A stretch of DNA of 64,000 bases from Candidatus Omnitrophota bacterium (GTDB lineage: Bacteria; Omnitrophota; Gorgyraeia; Zapsychrales; Zapsychraceae), in the NCBI GenBank assembly GCA_028280285.1, contig JANQMA010000004.1, positions 15,820 to 79,819 on the forward strand, written 5' to 3'. The notes beneath the pieces are model-generated. The model searched no databases and was not told the origin of the DNA. It was given only the letters and a program-made list of their open reading frames with translations. Numbering within the stretch: the stretch's first letter is position 1; each line of letters opens with the position of its first letter. Position numbers and translations under genes: made by a program. Below, in pieces: positions 43,873-53,970 of this stretch.

Positions 43873-43887
43873 AAGTCAGGAGATCAC

Positions 43888-44949
43888 ATGGAGCTCAAGG
43901 ACCTTTTGAAGGTTACCATTGAGGAAAATGCTTCCGATTTGCATCTTACCGAAAACAGCCCTGCCGTCATACGTGTCGATGGAAAACTTAAAATACTCGA
44001 CGGTACGCCTTTTACCAAAGAACAATTACAACAAACGATCTTTGCCGTCCTTAATGATGAGCAAAAAAGGAAGTTTGAAGAAGATAAAGAGTTGGACTTT
44101 TCTTTAGCTGTTGAGGATTTGGACCGGTTCCGCGTCAATGTGCATATTCAGCGTGGCAGCATTGAGGCCGCATTCCGCCGCATTCCGCTTTTTGTTCCGT
44201 CATTAGGTGAGTTAGGGCTGCCGCAGGCTATTAAAGATTTTGCCCGCAAACCCAATGGGCTTGTGCTTATTACAGGGCCAACCGGTTCCGGTAAAACGAC
44301 CACACTGGCTGCGATGATCAATATTATCAATGAAGAGCGCGAGTGTATGATTATCAGTATTGAGGATCCGATTGAGTATATTCACGCCAATAAAAAAGCG
44401 GTTATTAAACAGCGTGAAGTTTACAGCGACACAAATTCATTCTCAGAAGCTTTAAAGCGTTGCCTGCGTCAAGATCCGGATGTTATTGTCGTCGGTGAGA
44501 TGCGTGACCTAGAAACGATTTCAACAGCTCTGACTGCCGCCGAAACAGGCCACTTGGTTTTGGCAACACTACATACGCCGGACTCAGCCCAAACGGTTGA
44601 GCGTATTATCGATGTCTTTCCACCGCATCAACAGCAGCAGGTGAGATTGCAGCTATCGGCTTCTCTTCAAGGGATTTCCTCACAGGTGCTTATGCCTCGT
44701 GCCGAAGGCCGCGGACGTGTTTTGGCCTCAGAAATTTTGGTGGCAACACCGGCTGTTCGTAATCTTATTCGTGAGAAGTCTGTTGAGCAGATACCAACGG
44801 CGATTCAAACCGGTATGCAGTTTGGTATGCAATCGCTTGACGGGTCACTTAAAAAGTTAGTCGAAGAGGGCGTAATTACTTATGAAGATGCCATGGTGCA
44901 TGTGAAAAATCCCGAAGAGTTCAGGCAGATGATGGGTGGCATGGAGTAA
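43888..44949 (+). CDS. pilT: type IV pilus retraction ATPase PilT/PilU family
   Basis: 'ASDLHL', Walker A 'GPTGSGKTT', 'EDPIE', 'LRQDPDVI.VGEMRD', 'TGHLV.ATLH', 'AVRNLIRE'. Confidence 0.92.
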   Translation: MELKDLLKVTIEENASDLHLTENSPAVIRVDGKLKILDGTPFTKEQLQQTIFAVLNDEQKRKFEEDKELDFSLAVEDLDRFRVNVHIQRGSIEAAFRRIPLFVPSLGELGLPQAIKDFARKPNGLVLITGPTGSGKTTTLAAMINIINEERECMIISIEDPIEYIHANKKAVIKQREVYSDTNSFSEALKRCLRQDPDVIVVGEMRDLETISTALTAAETGHLVLATLHTPDSAQTVERIIDVFPPHQQQQVRLQLSASLQGISSQVLMPRAEGRGRVLASEILVATPAVRNLIREKSVEQIPTAIQTGMQFGMQSLDGSLKKLVEEGVITYEDAMVHVKNPEEFRQMMGGME

Positions 44950-44970
44950 AATATTAGATGTTTGATTTTT

Positions 44971-45038
44971 GCTAAAGGCCGTAAGCCTTAAGCTGTAAGC
45001 CATATCTATGGCTTAAGGCTTATAGCTTATGGCTTTTT
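44971..45038. repeat. heptamer hairpin (GCYnTAA-type x4 / TTAnRGC x3) followed by a T-run
   Basis: gctaaag gccgtaa gccttaa gctgtaa gcc ... ggc ttaaggc ttatagc ttatggc ttttt. Confidence 0.85.
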
Positions 45039-45042
45039 TATT

Positions 45043-45684
45043 ATGGACAAAGTCCTCGACTTAGGAACAATTGATTATTTAACAGCCTATGAAGTGCAAA
45101 AGAATTGTGTGCGGGATGTTATTAACGGAGATGAGCAAGCACTCATCTTTTGTGAGCATCCCTTGGTGCTTACCATGGGCCGCCTAGCAAGTACCGAACA
45201 CTTATTGCTGTCTGAAGATGAGCTTGTTAAACAAGGTGTTAACGTTCACTATATTGATCGCGGTGGCGAAGTAACACTTCATACACAAGGGCAGATGGTT
45301 GTCTATCCCATACTGGATTTAAATAAGCATAAAAAGGATTTACATTGGTATATGCACCAATTGGAGGAGGTAGTCATTGATTTATTAACCCAGTTTGCTA
45401 TAGTGGCTCGTAGAGAAAAGGATCAAACAGGTGTTTGGGTTCGGGCAAAGAAACTTGCTTCAATTGGTATCGGCGTTAAAAAATGGGTGACTTATCATGG
45501 TGTGGGGATCAATATCAATACTGACCTTAATGATTTTCAGTTGATTCGTCCGTGCGGGCTTGATGTTACAATGACATCTATGGCTACCGAAAAAAATCAA
45601 ACGATCGATATTTTGCGTGCCAAAACAATGTTTATTCGGAGTTTTAATAAAGTATTTCAAACACAGTTTAAGAAAGGGCAGTAA
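45043..45684 (+). CDS. lipB: lipoyl(octanoyl) transferase
   Basis: 'EHPLVLTMGR', 'DRGGEVT.H..GQ.V.YP', 'KLASIGI', 'HG..IN', 'PCGL'. Confidence 0.93.
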   Translation: MDKVLDLGTIDYLTAYEVQKNCVRDVINGDEQALIFCEHPLVLTMGRLASTEHLLLSEDELVKQGVNVHYIDRGGEVTLHTQGQMVVYPILDLNKHKKDLHWYMHQLEEVVIDLLTQFAIVARREKDQTGVWVRAKKLASIGIGVKKWVTYHGVGININTDLNDFQLIRPCGLDVTMTSMATEKNQTIDILRAKTMFIRSFNKVFQTQFKKGQ

Positions 45685-45914
45685 TGGCGGATATTATTTT
45701 ACCAGAACTCGGAGAAGGCGTTAAAGAAGCGACTATTGCCTGCTGGCATTTTAGCGAGGGAGACACCATTACAACCGAGGATGATGTGGTTGAATTGGTT
45801 ACTGATAAAGCGACGTTTAATGTGCCGGCACCGGCCAACGGAACATTAAAGGACATTCAATATAAGGATGGTGAGCTGGCTGCCATTGGAAGCGTTTTGG
45901 CCAGAATTGAGTAA
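45684..45914 (+). CDS. stand-alone lipoyl-domain protein
   Basis: 'LPELGEG', 'ELVTDKA' lipoylation motif, 'PAPANG'; 76 aa, stop/start-coupled to lipB. Confidence 0.88.
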   Translation: MADIILPELGEGVKEATIACWHFSEGDTITTEDDVVELVTDKATFNVPAPANGTLKDIQYKDGELAAIGSVLARIE

Positions 45915-45917
45915 ATT

Positions 45918-46601
45918 TTGAAAACGCATTTAAATATCTGTATACTTATTCCTACCTATAATGAAGCCAAAGCCATTGGGCAATTGGTAACTGATCTTAA
46001 AGCATTTGATTTAGACATTTTGATTGCCGATGACGGCTCGCTTGATGAAACGGCCAAAATTGCGCAGAATGCCGGTGCGCGCGTCCTGGCACATAAAATG
46101 CGTACTGGAAAAGGAGCGACACTTCGGCGAGGATTTGATTATATTCTCAAACACGGTTATGATGGTGTTATTACAATGGATGGGGACGGTCAGCATGCGC
46201 CGGATGACCTTCCGCAGTTTTTGATGAAGATAGGTGAACAACCGGTTTCTTTGATCGTTGGGGATAGATTGCAAAATCCAAAAGGCATGCCATTTTTGCG
46301 TTTTTGTGTTAACGTTATTATGTCCTACATTATTTCGATCGGATGTGGATGTAAGATCTATGATTCGCAAAGCGGATTTCGTTACATGCACCGCGCGATT
46401 TTAGAGAATATAGAATTCATATCTAACTCTTATGAAATTGAGTCGGAACTGCTCATGAAATCGGCCAAGAAAGGATATCCTATACTTGCCGTCGGTATTA
46501 AAACCATTTATGGAGATGAAAAAAGCAATATTAATCCTATTATAGACACATGGCGATTCATCAAATATTATTTTAAAGAAATTTTTTCTTCCAAACAATA
46601 A
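45918..46601 (+). CDS. glycosyltransferase family 2 (DPM1-like)
   Basis: 'IPTYNE', 'DDGS.D', 'MDGDGQH', 'DSQSGFR'. Confidence 0.92.
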   Translation: MKTHLNICILIPTYNEAKAIGQLVTDLKAFDLDILIADDGSLDETAKIAQNAGARVLAHKMRTGKGATLRRGFDYILKHGYDGVITMDGDGQHAPDDLPQFLMKIGEQPVSLIVGDRLQNPKGMPFLRFCVNVIMSYIISIGCGCKIYDSQSGFRYMHRAILENIEFISNSYEIESELLMKSAKKGYPILAVGIKTIYGDEKSNINPIIDTWRFIKYYFKEIFSSKQ

Positions 46602-47302
46602 TGGCGAATACCCGCTTCTACATTGCGCTTTTTATTTCTCTCATTATTCATATTGTCTGCATTTTTTTTCTTTCGTATGACAAAATTGTCATTAAGCGTC
46701 AACCCAAAAAGACGCTTGAAGTAACTTACCAAAAGATCAAACAGATCGAAACAAAACAATCTGATAAGGATTTTCAGGATATTAAAATCATCGAGCGCAA
46801 AGAGCAGTTTAAACAACCGGATGTCAAAATTTTAAAAGGCAAACGGGAGTTTGTGCCCAGTGTGGGAGAAAACCTTAAGGACTTTTCTAAATTAACGGGG
46901 AAGTTCAAACTTGAGAGAAAACGAACGGTGAAGATGCACTCGTTTGATAAATCGCAGAAGGTGGCCATTTCCTTAACGGAAGAAGAGAAGATCAGTAATC
47001 CAAAGTACCTTAGCTATTATTCGATTATCGGCGGTATGATTAAAGAGCGGGTATATGATATTTTAGGGAATAATGAAACGCGCCGCGGGGAAGTATACCT
47101 CACATTTTTGGTCAGTGCCGATGGCACACTGCAGGATATTTTAGTTAAGGATGAACGAACGGTAGCCTCGCCCTATTTAAAGGAATTGGCCTTAAAAAGC
47201 GTTCGGCAGGCTGCCCCGTTTCCTGTTTTTCCTAAGGGCCTGGACTATCCGGAGTTCACGTTCAACATCAAATTGTACTTCCAACCGACCTCAGAAAACT
47301 AA
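46601..47302 (+). CDS. TonB C-terminal-domain membrane protein
   Basis: N-terminal TM with 'S..IH' (SxxxH); C-terminal 'GEV.LTF.V.ADG.L', 'AL.SVRQAAPFP.FP'. Confidence 0.75.
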   Translation: MANTRFYIALFISLIIHIVCIFFLSYDKIVIKRQPKKTLEVTYQKIKQIETKQSDKDFQDIKIIERKEQFKQPDVKILKGKREFVPSVGENLKDFSKLTGKFKLERKRTVKMHSFDKSQKVAISLTEEEKISNPKYLSYYSIIGGMIKERVYDILGNNETRRGEVYLTFLVSADGTLQDILVKDERTVASPYLKELALKSVRQAAPFPVFPKGLDYPEFTFNIKLYFQPTSEN

Positions 47303-47310
47303 GAAATCAA

Positions 47311-47341
47311 CCACACGAGCCTACGAGGTTCGTGTGGCTTT
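47311..47341 (+). terminator. hairpin / possible terminator
   Basis: ccacacgagcct-acg-aggttcgtgtgg followed by cttt. Confidence 0.55.
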
Positions 47342-47357
47342 CGACGACAGATGGGGT

Positions 47358-47386
47358 TTGACAACCCGTAGGCAGGGTGATATTCT
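47358..47386 (+). promoter_or_regulatory. sigma70-type promoter for the DUF1844-aroQ-pepP-efp-acc operon
   Basis: TTGACA (47358-47363), 17-bp spacer, TG-a-TATTCT (47381-47386). Confidence 0.65.
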
Positions 47387-47431
47387 ATGGGCTGGTTATA
47401 TTTATATTAATAAGTAAATTGAGGTGCTATT

Positions 47432-47863
47432 ATGGATACAGACAAACAAATAGACGAATCCTGGAAAGAGTCGGCAGAGAGTGAAAAAGAGATTTTGGTT
47501 GGTCAAACGGACGCGCCACAGGGTGAGCCTGAGCTGCATATTCCAGAATCAATAAAAGAGGACGAAGAAGAGTCAGGCGCAGCACAGGAAACAGCCGGGG
47601 AAGTCCCGGAGGTTAACTTTCTTAATTACATTACAAGCCTTGGTTTCCAGGCCATGATTTTTTTGGGAGAAATCCCCAATCCTGTAACCCAAAAGGATGA
47701 TACGAATTTCGATCAAGCCAAATTCTTGATCGATACGCTTTCATTGCTTAAAGACAAAACACAAGGCAACCTCACCAAAGAAGAAGAGAATCTGCTTAAT
47801 GCCTCTGTTTATGAATTACAGATGAAATACGTTGAGAAGATTCAAGCTGAGACAGCATCTTAA
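47432..47863 (+). CDS. DUF1844 domain protein
   Basis: 'QAMIFLGEIPNP', 'AKFLIDTL.LL.DKT.GNLT.EE..LL....YELQM.YV'. Confidence 0.85.
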   Translation: MDTDKQIDESWKESAESEKEILVGQTDAPQGEPELHIPESIKEDEEESGAAQETAGEVPEVNFLNYITSLGFQAMIFLGEIPNPVTQKDDTNFDQAKFLIDTLSLLKDKTQGNLTKEEENLLNASVYELQMKYVEKIQAETAS

Positions 47864-47879
47864 GTAAGGAGAATAAGCT

Positions 47880-48317
47880 TTGAGTAAAGTACTTGTTATC
47901 CATGGTCCGAATCTTAATCTTTTAGGAACACGTGAAGAAGATATTTACGGAACGGCGACACTTGATGACATTAACGGCCAGTTAAAGACATTGGCCGATA
48001 ATGCCGGTGTTGAGATCGAGTTCTTCCAATCAAATCATGAGGGAGAGATCGTCGATAAAATCGGTGCGGCTAAGGAAAATTTTTCTGCGATTTTAATTAA
48101 CCCGGCAGCGTACACGCATACCAGTGTTGCCATTCGTGATGCCATCGCAGCTGTTCAGATTCCGACCATTGAAGTGCATTTATCCAATGTGTATGCCCGC
48201 GAAGAGTTTCGTCATACGTCTTTGATTGCCCCCGTTGCCCACGGGCAGATCAGCGGTTTTGGCGTGGATAGTTACCTGCTTGGGCTTCAAGCAACAATTA
48301 ACTTGATTAAGGGATAA
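47880..48317 (+). CDS. aroQ: type II 3-dehydroquinate dehydratase
   Basis: '[15 protein letters not shown]', 'QSNHEG', '[10 protein letters not shown]', 'EVHLSN...REEFR'. Confidence 0.97.
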   Translation: MSKVLVIHGPNLNLLGTREEDIYGTATLDDINGQLKTLADNAGVEIEFFQSNHEGEIVDKIGAAKENFSAILINPAAYTHTSVAIRDAIAAVQIPTIEVHLSNVYAREEFRHTSLIAPVAHGQISGFGVDSYLLGLQATINLIKG

Positions 48318-48340
48318 TATAAAAAGATATGTTTGGAAAT

Positions 48341-48418
48341 GTTGTTAGTTGTTGGTTGTTTGTTGTTAGAAGCCAACCTTGCCTACTAACAACCATCAAC
48401 GAGCAACTAACAACTAAC
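48341..48418. repeat. heptamer hairpin (GTTGTTn x4 / nnnCAAC x4)
   Basis: gttgtta gttgttg gttgttt gttgtta ... taacaac catcaac gagcaac taacaac. Confidence 0.9.
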
Positions 48419-48430
48419 CAAAGGACATAG

Positions 48431-49492
48431 GTGAATTCACGGCTCAAAGCGTTGGTGAAACAACTTAAGTCTAGAAAACTAGACAGTATTCTGATCAATT
48501 CCGATCATAATATTCGTTATCTGACCCGCTTTCCCGCTTCAGAATCATGGCTGTTTGTCACAGCCAAAGGTAAATCCTACTATATTACTGACTCGCGTTA
48601 TACACTTGAGGCCAAAGCCGGCCTTAAGGGCAGCGGCACAAGTGTCGTTGAATACAAAAAGTCATTTTACCTAACCCTTAATGAGCTTATCACATCGCAT
48701 AAGGTTCGCTCTTTGGGGATAGATCAAGCCCACTACACAATCAGTCAGTACATCGCCCTTAGAAAACAGCGGCCGAAGAGTTGCAAGATTTGCCCGGCCA
48801 ATCAATTGGTTGAAGATTTGCGCATTATTAAAGACCCGGGTGAGGTTAAAGCGATCAAAAGTGCCCTGAAAATCCACGCCAAAGCGCTTAAATATTTGAA
48901 AAGGATCGTCAAAAGTGGCGTAACAGAATACGATATTTTGCTCAAATTAGAGGCCTTTGTCAGAAGCCACCATTGCGGCTTTTCTTTTGATCCGATTGTG
49001 GCCTCCGGATCCAATTCCTGCCTGCCGCATGCGGCTGTTTCTCGTCGGAAAATACGTAAAAATGATGTTGTGCTGGTTGACATGGGAATCGACCAAAACG
49101 GCTATAAGAGCGACTTGACACGTATGTTCTTTTTAGGTAAAATACCCAATCTTGTCCGCCGGACAAACGAAATTGTTTATCAAGCACAACGACAAGCAAT
49201 TGCAAGCATCAAGCCTGGGGTTAGCGCAAAACATGTTGATCAGCAGGCACGAAAGTATTTAGCAAACAATAAGTTAGACAAATATTTTGGTCATTCCTTG
49301 GGGCACGGGGTGGGGCTCGAAATTCATGAAGCGCCGCGCCTTTCGCCGCAAAGCAGCACAAAGTTGAAGCCCGGTATGGTTGTTACAGTGGAACCGGGCG
49401 TTTACTTGCCAGGCAAGTTTGGCATTCGCATTGAAGATATGGTGCTCGTGACTGATCGTGGATGTGAGATTTTAAGTGACAATATCGATTAA
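48431..49492 (+). CDS. Xaa-Pro aminopeptidase (M24B)
   Basis: 'SDLTR', 'HSLGHGVGLEIHEAP', 'TVEPGVY', 'GIRIED'; usual position before efp. Confidence 0.95.
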   Translation: MNSRLKALVKQLKSRKLDSILINSDHNIRYLTRFPASESWLFVTAKGKSYYITDSRYTLEAKAGLKGSGTSVVEYKKSFYLTLNELITSHKVRSLGIDQAHYTISQYIALRKQRPKSCKICPANQLVEDLRIIKDPGEVKAIKSALKIHAKALKYLKRIVKSGVTEYDILLKLEAFVRSHHCGFSFDPIVASGSNSCLPHAAVSRRKIRKNDVVLVDMGIDQNGYKSDLTRMFFLGKIPNLVRRTNEIVYQAQRQAIASIKPGVSAKHVDQQARKYLANNKLDKYFGHSLGHGVGLEIHEAPRLSPQSSTKLKPGMVVTVEPGVYLPGKFGIRIEDMVLVTDRGCEILSDNID

Positions 49493-50042
49493 TCAGATTT
49501 CATCAGGCACGGCATTGCGCTTTGATAACGGCATTTTTGTAGTCCAAGAATATCATCACGTTAAACCTGGAAAGGGTTCAGCTTTTGTCCGTGTTAAACT
49601 TAAAAATGTCAAAACGCAGCAAGTTTTGGAAAAGACATTTAAAACGGCCGACAAGCTGGATGATGTTGAACTAGAAGAAAAAAAATTACAGAATCTCTAT
49701 GAAAGTGGAGATTCTTATTATTTTATGGACACGGTTTCTTTCGAAGAGATTGCCGTGTCGAAAGAGATTTTGGGTGATCTGGTTGATTTTCTTCAGGATA
49801 ATGCCGAAGTCTTGGCTTTCTGTCACGAAGGACAAATTTTAAAAGTTGAATTACCAATGTTCATTGAAGTTGCTGTTACGCATACCGAGCCTGGTTTCCG
49901 GGGAGATACATCGCGTGCAGGAACAAAGCCAGCAACTATTGAAACGGGGGCAACAATTCAAGTGCCGCTTTTTGTCGAAATCGGCGACGCCGTTAAAATC
50001 GACACCAGGACACGCACTTATGTTGAAAGGGTGAAGAAATGA
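49476..50042 (+). CDS. efp: elongation factor P
   Basis: 'HVKPGKGSAFVR', 'PGFRGDT', 'KPATIETG..IQVPLF'. Confidence 0.98.
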   Translation: MTISINQISSGTALRFDNGIFVVQEYHHVKPGKGSAFVRVKLKNVKTQQVLEKTFKTADKLDDVELEEKKLQNLYESGDSYYFMDTVSFEEIAVSKEILGDLVDFLQDNAEVLAFCHEGQILKVELPMFIEVAVTHTEPGFRGDTSRAGTKPATIETGATIQVPLFVEIGDAVKIDTRTRTYVERVKK

Positions 50043-50503
50043 ATTTAAAAGAAATTCGTGAAGTGATTAATCTCATGAATGAAAATGATCTTTCCGAAGT
50101 CGAGATTGAGCGGGAAGGATCAAAGGTTAAGATTAAAAAGGCCGGCTGCGAAGTCTTTGAACCGGTGCAAAGGTCTTTACCTGCACGTTATGAGGTTCAG
50201 CCACCACAAGCTGCACAAGCTGCTGAAGCGCCTTCCGCATCAGCATCATCAGCCGGTGCGAATACAAAGGAGATTCAATCTCCGATGGTTGGAACATTCT
50301 ACACAGCGCCGTCGCCGGAGGCCCCGCCGTTTATCGAAATCGGACAAGTCGTTGAGATCGGGCAAGTGGTTTGTATCGTCGAGGCCATGAAGCTTATGAA
50401 CGAAATCAAATCCGAGGTAAGAGGAAAAGTTGTTGAGGCGCCCGTTGAAAATGGCCAACCGGTCGAATTCGGACAAGTTCTATTTACCATAGAGCCAGTT
50501 TAA
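50039..50503 (+). CDS. accB: acetyl-CoA carboxylase biotin carboxyl carrier protein
   Basis: 'SPMVGTFY', 'EAMKLMNEI'. Confidence 0.97.
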   Translation: MNLKEIREVINLMNENDLSEVEIEREGSKVKIKKAGCEVFEPVQRSLPARYEVQPPQAAQAAEAPSASASSAGANTKEIQSPMVGTFYTAPSPEAPPFIEIGQVVEIGQVVCIVEAMKLMNEIKSEVRGKVVEAPVENGQPVEFGQVLFTIEPV

Positions 50504-50510
50504 AAATATT

Positions 50511-51863
50511 ATGTTTTCCAAAATTTTGATTGCCAATAGAGGAGAAATTGCACTGAGGGTTATTCGCGCCTGCCAGGAAATCGGTGTGCAAACAGTGGCC
50601 GTGTATTCGGAAGCCGACCGGGATAGTTTGCATGTGCGCTTTGCCGATGAGGCTGTGTGTATTGGCCCCGCGTCGAGCCTTGATAGTTATTTAAATATTC
50701 CCGCGATTATTTCGGCCGCCGAGATTACCGATGTCGATGCGATTCATCCCGGCTATGGATTTTTATCCGAGAACGCGCACTTTGCTGAGATTTGTGAATC
50801 CTGTCATATTACGTTTATCGGACCAAAACCGGAGTCGATCCGTAAAATGGGTGATAAGATTACCGCCAAAGATACGATGGCCAAAGTCGGTGTGCCTTTG
50901 ACGCCGGGTGGTGATGGTGTGGTTGAATCGGCTGAACAAGCTGTCGAAATTGCCAATAGGATTAAATATCCGGTTATTATTAAAGCCTCTGCCGGTGGCG
51001 GTGGCAAGGGTATGCGCGTTTGCCATAATGATGTGACGCTTATGAGTTCTTATACCACCGCGCAAAAAGAGGCGGAAGCAAACTTTGGTAATCCTGATGT
51101 TTACATTGAAAAGTATATTGAGGATCCACGCCACGTTGAGTTTCAAGTCATTGCGGATAATCATGGCAATATTGTGCATTTGGGTGAGCGTGATTGCAGT
51201 ATTCAGCGCCGCCATCAAAAGCTTATTGAAGAAGCGCCATCACCGGCGCTTGATGAAGAGTTGCGCGCGAAAATGGGCTCGTCTGCTATTAAGGCCGCTG
51301 AGGCGTGTGATTATCGCGGGGTCGGTACGGTTGAGTTTCTTTTAGATAAAAATGGTGATTATTATTTTATGGAAATGAACACGCGTATTCAGGTGGAGCA
51401 TCCGGTAACCGAGATGGTAACAGGTATTGATCTTATTAAAGAGCAAATCAAAGTCGCGACTGGCGCAAAACTTCCTTTTAAACAGGAGGATATTAAAATC
51501 AAAGGCGCGTCGATCGAGTGCCGCATTAATGCGGAAGACCCAAATAATAATTTTATGCCGTGCCCAGGCAAGATTGAAGAACTTAATCTGCCCGGCGGCC
51601 GCGGTGTCCGTCTGGATTCTAATATTTATCCGGGCTATAAAATAACACCTTACTATGATTCGATGGTGGCGAAACTTATTACCTACGGTGAGGATCGCGC
51701 AGAAGCGATCCGTATTATGCGTCGCGCACTTGATGAGTTTTATATCAGTCCCATCAAAACAACCATTGATCTACATCTTGATATCTTAAGTCATCCGTTA
51801 TTTGTCGAAGGTAATGTAACAACACATTTTTTGCAAAAGCATATGTCTGACATAGTGGAGTAA
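50511..51863 (+). CDS. accC: acetyl-CoA carboxylase biotin carboxylase
   Basis: 'ANRGEIA', '[10 protein letters not shown]', 'GGGGKGMR', '[14 protein letters not shown]', 'YYDSM.AK'. Confidence 0.98.
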   Translation: MFSKILIANRGEIALRVIRACQEIGVQTVAVYSEADRDSLHVRFADEAVCIGPASSLDSYLNIPAIISAAEITDVDAIHPGYGFLSENAHFAEICESCHITFIGPKPESIRKMGDKITAKDTMAKVGVPLTPGGDGVVESAEQAVEIANRIKYPVIIKASAGGGGKGMRVCHNDVTLMSSYTTAQKEAEANFGNPDVYIEKYIEDPRHVEFQVIADNHGNIVHLGERDCSIQRRHQKLIEEAPSPALDEELRAKMGSSAIKAAEACDYRGVGTVEFLLDKNGDYYFMEMNTRIQVEHPVTEMVTGIDLIKEQIKVATGAKLPFKQEDIKIKGASIECRINAEDPNNNFMPCPGKIEELNLPGGRGVRLDSNIYPGYKITPYYDSMVAKLITYGEDRAEAIRIMRRALDEFYISPIKTTIDLHLDILSHPLFVEGNVTTHFLQKHMSDIVE

Positions 51864-51865
51864 AC

Positions 51866-52216
51866 ATGGGAAAAGATGTGCGTATAGACATCGGTTCTAT
51901 CCATATTGACCGGGAAGTCATAGAAGAGATAATAGATACAGCTGTCAAAGATATAGACGGTGTACGGTTAAAGCCGAAAACAATTGTGCAGAAAATATTC
52001 GGATTTTTATACAAGTCTAAATCTGGCGGGATTGATCTTCAACTTGATAACGATCAACAATTAAGTATCGCCTTAGATATATACATCCGCTTTGGGGATA
52101 ATTTGGCTAAGACAGCTGAAAAAGTACAAAATCATGTGAAGTTGTCCGTTGAAAAGGCTGTGGACGTTAAAATTAAAGATATTAATGTAACCGTCCAAGG
52201 GGTCGATAGGAGGTAA
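51866..52216 (+). CDS. Asp23/Gls24 family protein
   Basis: 'G.I.I..EVIE.I...A...IDGV', 'VQ..VK..VE......I..INVTVQGV'; same position as Bacillus yqhY after accC. Confidence 0.8.
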   Translation: MGKDVRIDIGSIHIDREVIEEIIDTAVKDIDGVRLKPKTIVQKIFGFLYKSKSGGIDLQLDNDQQLSIALDIYIRFGDNLAKTAEKVQNHVKLSVEKAVDVKIKDINVTVQGVDRR

Positions 52217-52221
52217 GTGTC

Positions 52222-52848
52222 ATGAATTTTCTTAAGCGCATAACAGTATTGTTTTTTGTGACATTAAATATGTTTTTAATCAGTGTGTTATCCTTATACG
52301 TGGCTAATGTTTTAGTTTTTGAGGATGTGGTTTCGCTTTTGTCTGTCATTTATACCGATATTAATGCCCGCATTGTTTTTGCAGGGCTTGCTGCCTTTAT
52401 CCTCGTCATGAATTACATTTTTTACAAGCTGTTTACGGTTAATGTGCATCGTGATAAAACGATTGCGTTTGATAATCCGGAAGGACGTGTGAGTGTGTCG
52501 CTTGTGGCTCTCGAAGATTTAGTTAAGCGGACTTTGCAGCAGGTTGACCGTATTAAAGATGCCAAATCAAACATTGTGGCTTCTAAAAAGGGACTGCATG
52601 TCAAAGTGCGCCTGGCGATTAAGTCAGATGTCAGCATTCCAACCATTACATCCCAGGTTCAGGAATTAATTAAGGATAAGATTCAAGATACCATTGGTCT
52701 TGATGAGAAAGTGGATATCAATGTCTACATTAATAAAATTATTGCGGACTCTACGCTTGATACAAAAAAGAAATCTAAATCAGAAGACAAAACGGATAAA
52801 GGCGGTGAGACAGAGCGTTCTGTTCCGTTTCATGGGTATAGAGGTTAA
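52222..52848 (+). CDS. AmaP-like (alkaline shock response membrane anchor) protein
   Basis: Two N-terminal TM helices then 'G.VSVSL.ALEDLV', 'IP.IT..VQE.IK..I..TIG'; adjacent to the Asp23 gene. Confidence 0.75.
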   Translation: MNFLKRITVLFFVTLNMFLISVLSLYVANVLVFEDVVSLLSVIYTDINARIVFAGLAAFILVMNYIFYKLFTVNVHRDKTIAFDNPEGRVSVSLVALEDLVKRTLQQVDRIKDAKSNIVASKKGLHVKVRLAIKSDVSIPTITSQVQELIKDKIQDTIGLDEKVDINVYINKIIADSTLDTKKKSKSEDKTDKGGETERSVPFHGYRG

Positions 52849-52850
52849 CG

Positions 52851-52921
52851 CAGTTGTTAGTTGTTGGTTGATGGTTGTTGGGGCAAGATTTGAACAACAA
52901 ACAACGAACAACCAGCAACTG
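52851..52921. repeat. heptamer hairpin (GTTGWTR x4 / nAnCAAC x4)
   Basis: gttgtta gttgttg gttgatg gttgttg ... gaacaac aaacaac gaacaac cagcaac. Confidence 0.9.
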
Positions 52922-52939
52922 AAATGGATATATAAATAA

Positions 52940-53968
52940 ATGAAGAAAATAGGAATATTAACCGGTGGTGCTGATTGTCCGGGACTAAACTCGGTGATCC
53001 GTGCGGTTGTACGCGCCGCCGTTGACCAAGGGCATGTTGTCACCGGTATCAAAAATGGCTGGAGTGGTCTCATCGATAATGACACACGTATCCTCGACGT
53101 ACGCTCCACGTCCGGTATTCTTGATCGCGGTGGTACGATTCTTGGAACCAGCCGTTTAAGACCTCCTCTTGATGATAAAAATATGGATTTGATTGCGGAT
53201 AATTTTAAACGCAGCGGTATTGACGCGGTTATTGCCGTCGGTGGGGAAGATACGCTTAAAATCGGCCTTGATTTATATGAGAAGAAAGATATTCCCATTA
53301 TCGGTGTACCTAAATCTATTGATAATGCGCTTTCCGGAACAGATTATGCGTTTGGATTTGATACGGCGGTGAATGTGGCCACCGAATGCATTGACCGGCT
53401 GCATACAACAGCGGAATCTCATCATCGGATTATTGTTATCGAGGTTATGGGGCGTCACACAGGATGGATTGCATTACATGCGGGTATTGCCGGCGGCGCG
53501 GATATGATTCTTATTCCGGAGTATCCGGTGGATATGGATGAAGTGTGCGAACTTCTGCGTTCTCGGCATGATCGCGGCAAGATGTTTAGTATTATCGTTG
53601 TTTCCGAAGGAACAAAGGTGGTTGGGCACGATACACCAGATCCTGAACATGACCGGCGCGCAAGCCGCAGCCGCTTTGCTAAAGTCGGTGAGGTGATTGC
53701 TAATCTCATTGAAGAAAAGACAAAATATGAAACGCGCGTCAGCGTCCTGGGTCATATTCAGCGTGGCGGTGTCCCGTCGGCCTATGACCGTATTATCGGG
53801 ACCCGTTTTGGTGTTAAGGCTGTCGAACTTGTTGAAAACGGTGAGTTCGGCAAAATGGTAAGCCTTAACGGCGATAAAATGACAGCCGTTAATATTGCCG
53901 ATGCTGTTCGAGAATTTAAACGTATTGATACAAATCTTTACGATATTGCTAAGGTATTTTCTATATAA
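52940..53968 (+). CDS. pfkA: 6-phosphofructokinase (PfkA family)
   Basis: 'LTGGADCPGLN', 'GGTILGTSR', 'PKSIDN', 'EVMGRHTGW', 'LGHIQRGG'. Confidence 0.92.
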   Translation: MKKIGILTGGADCPGLNSVIRAVVRAAVDQGHVVTGIKNGWSGLIDNDTRILDVRSTSGILDRGGTILGTSRLRPPLDDKNMDLIADNFKRSGIDAVIAVGGEDTLKIGLDLYEKKDIPIIGVPKSIDNALSGTDYAFGFDTAVNVATECIDRLHTTAESHHRIIVIEVMGRHTGWIALHAGIAGGADMILIPEYPVDMDEVCELLRSRHDRGKMFSIIVVSEGTKVVGHDTPDPEHDRRASRSRFAKVGEVIANLIEEKTKYETRVSVLGHIQRGGVPSAYDRIIGTRFGVKAVELVENGEFGKMVSLNGDKMTAVNIADAVREFKRIDTNLYDIAKVFSI

Positions 53969-53970
53969 AG

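Noticed and set aside
43888-44949. Type IV pilus or secretion locus
   Set aside because: Only an isolated pilT-family ATPase; no pilins, PilB/PilC or secretin nearby.
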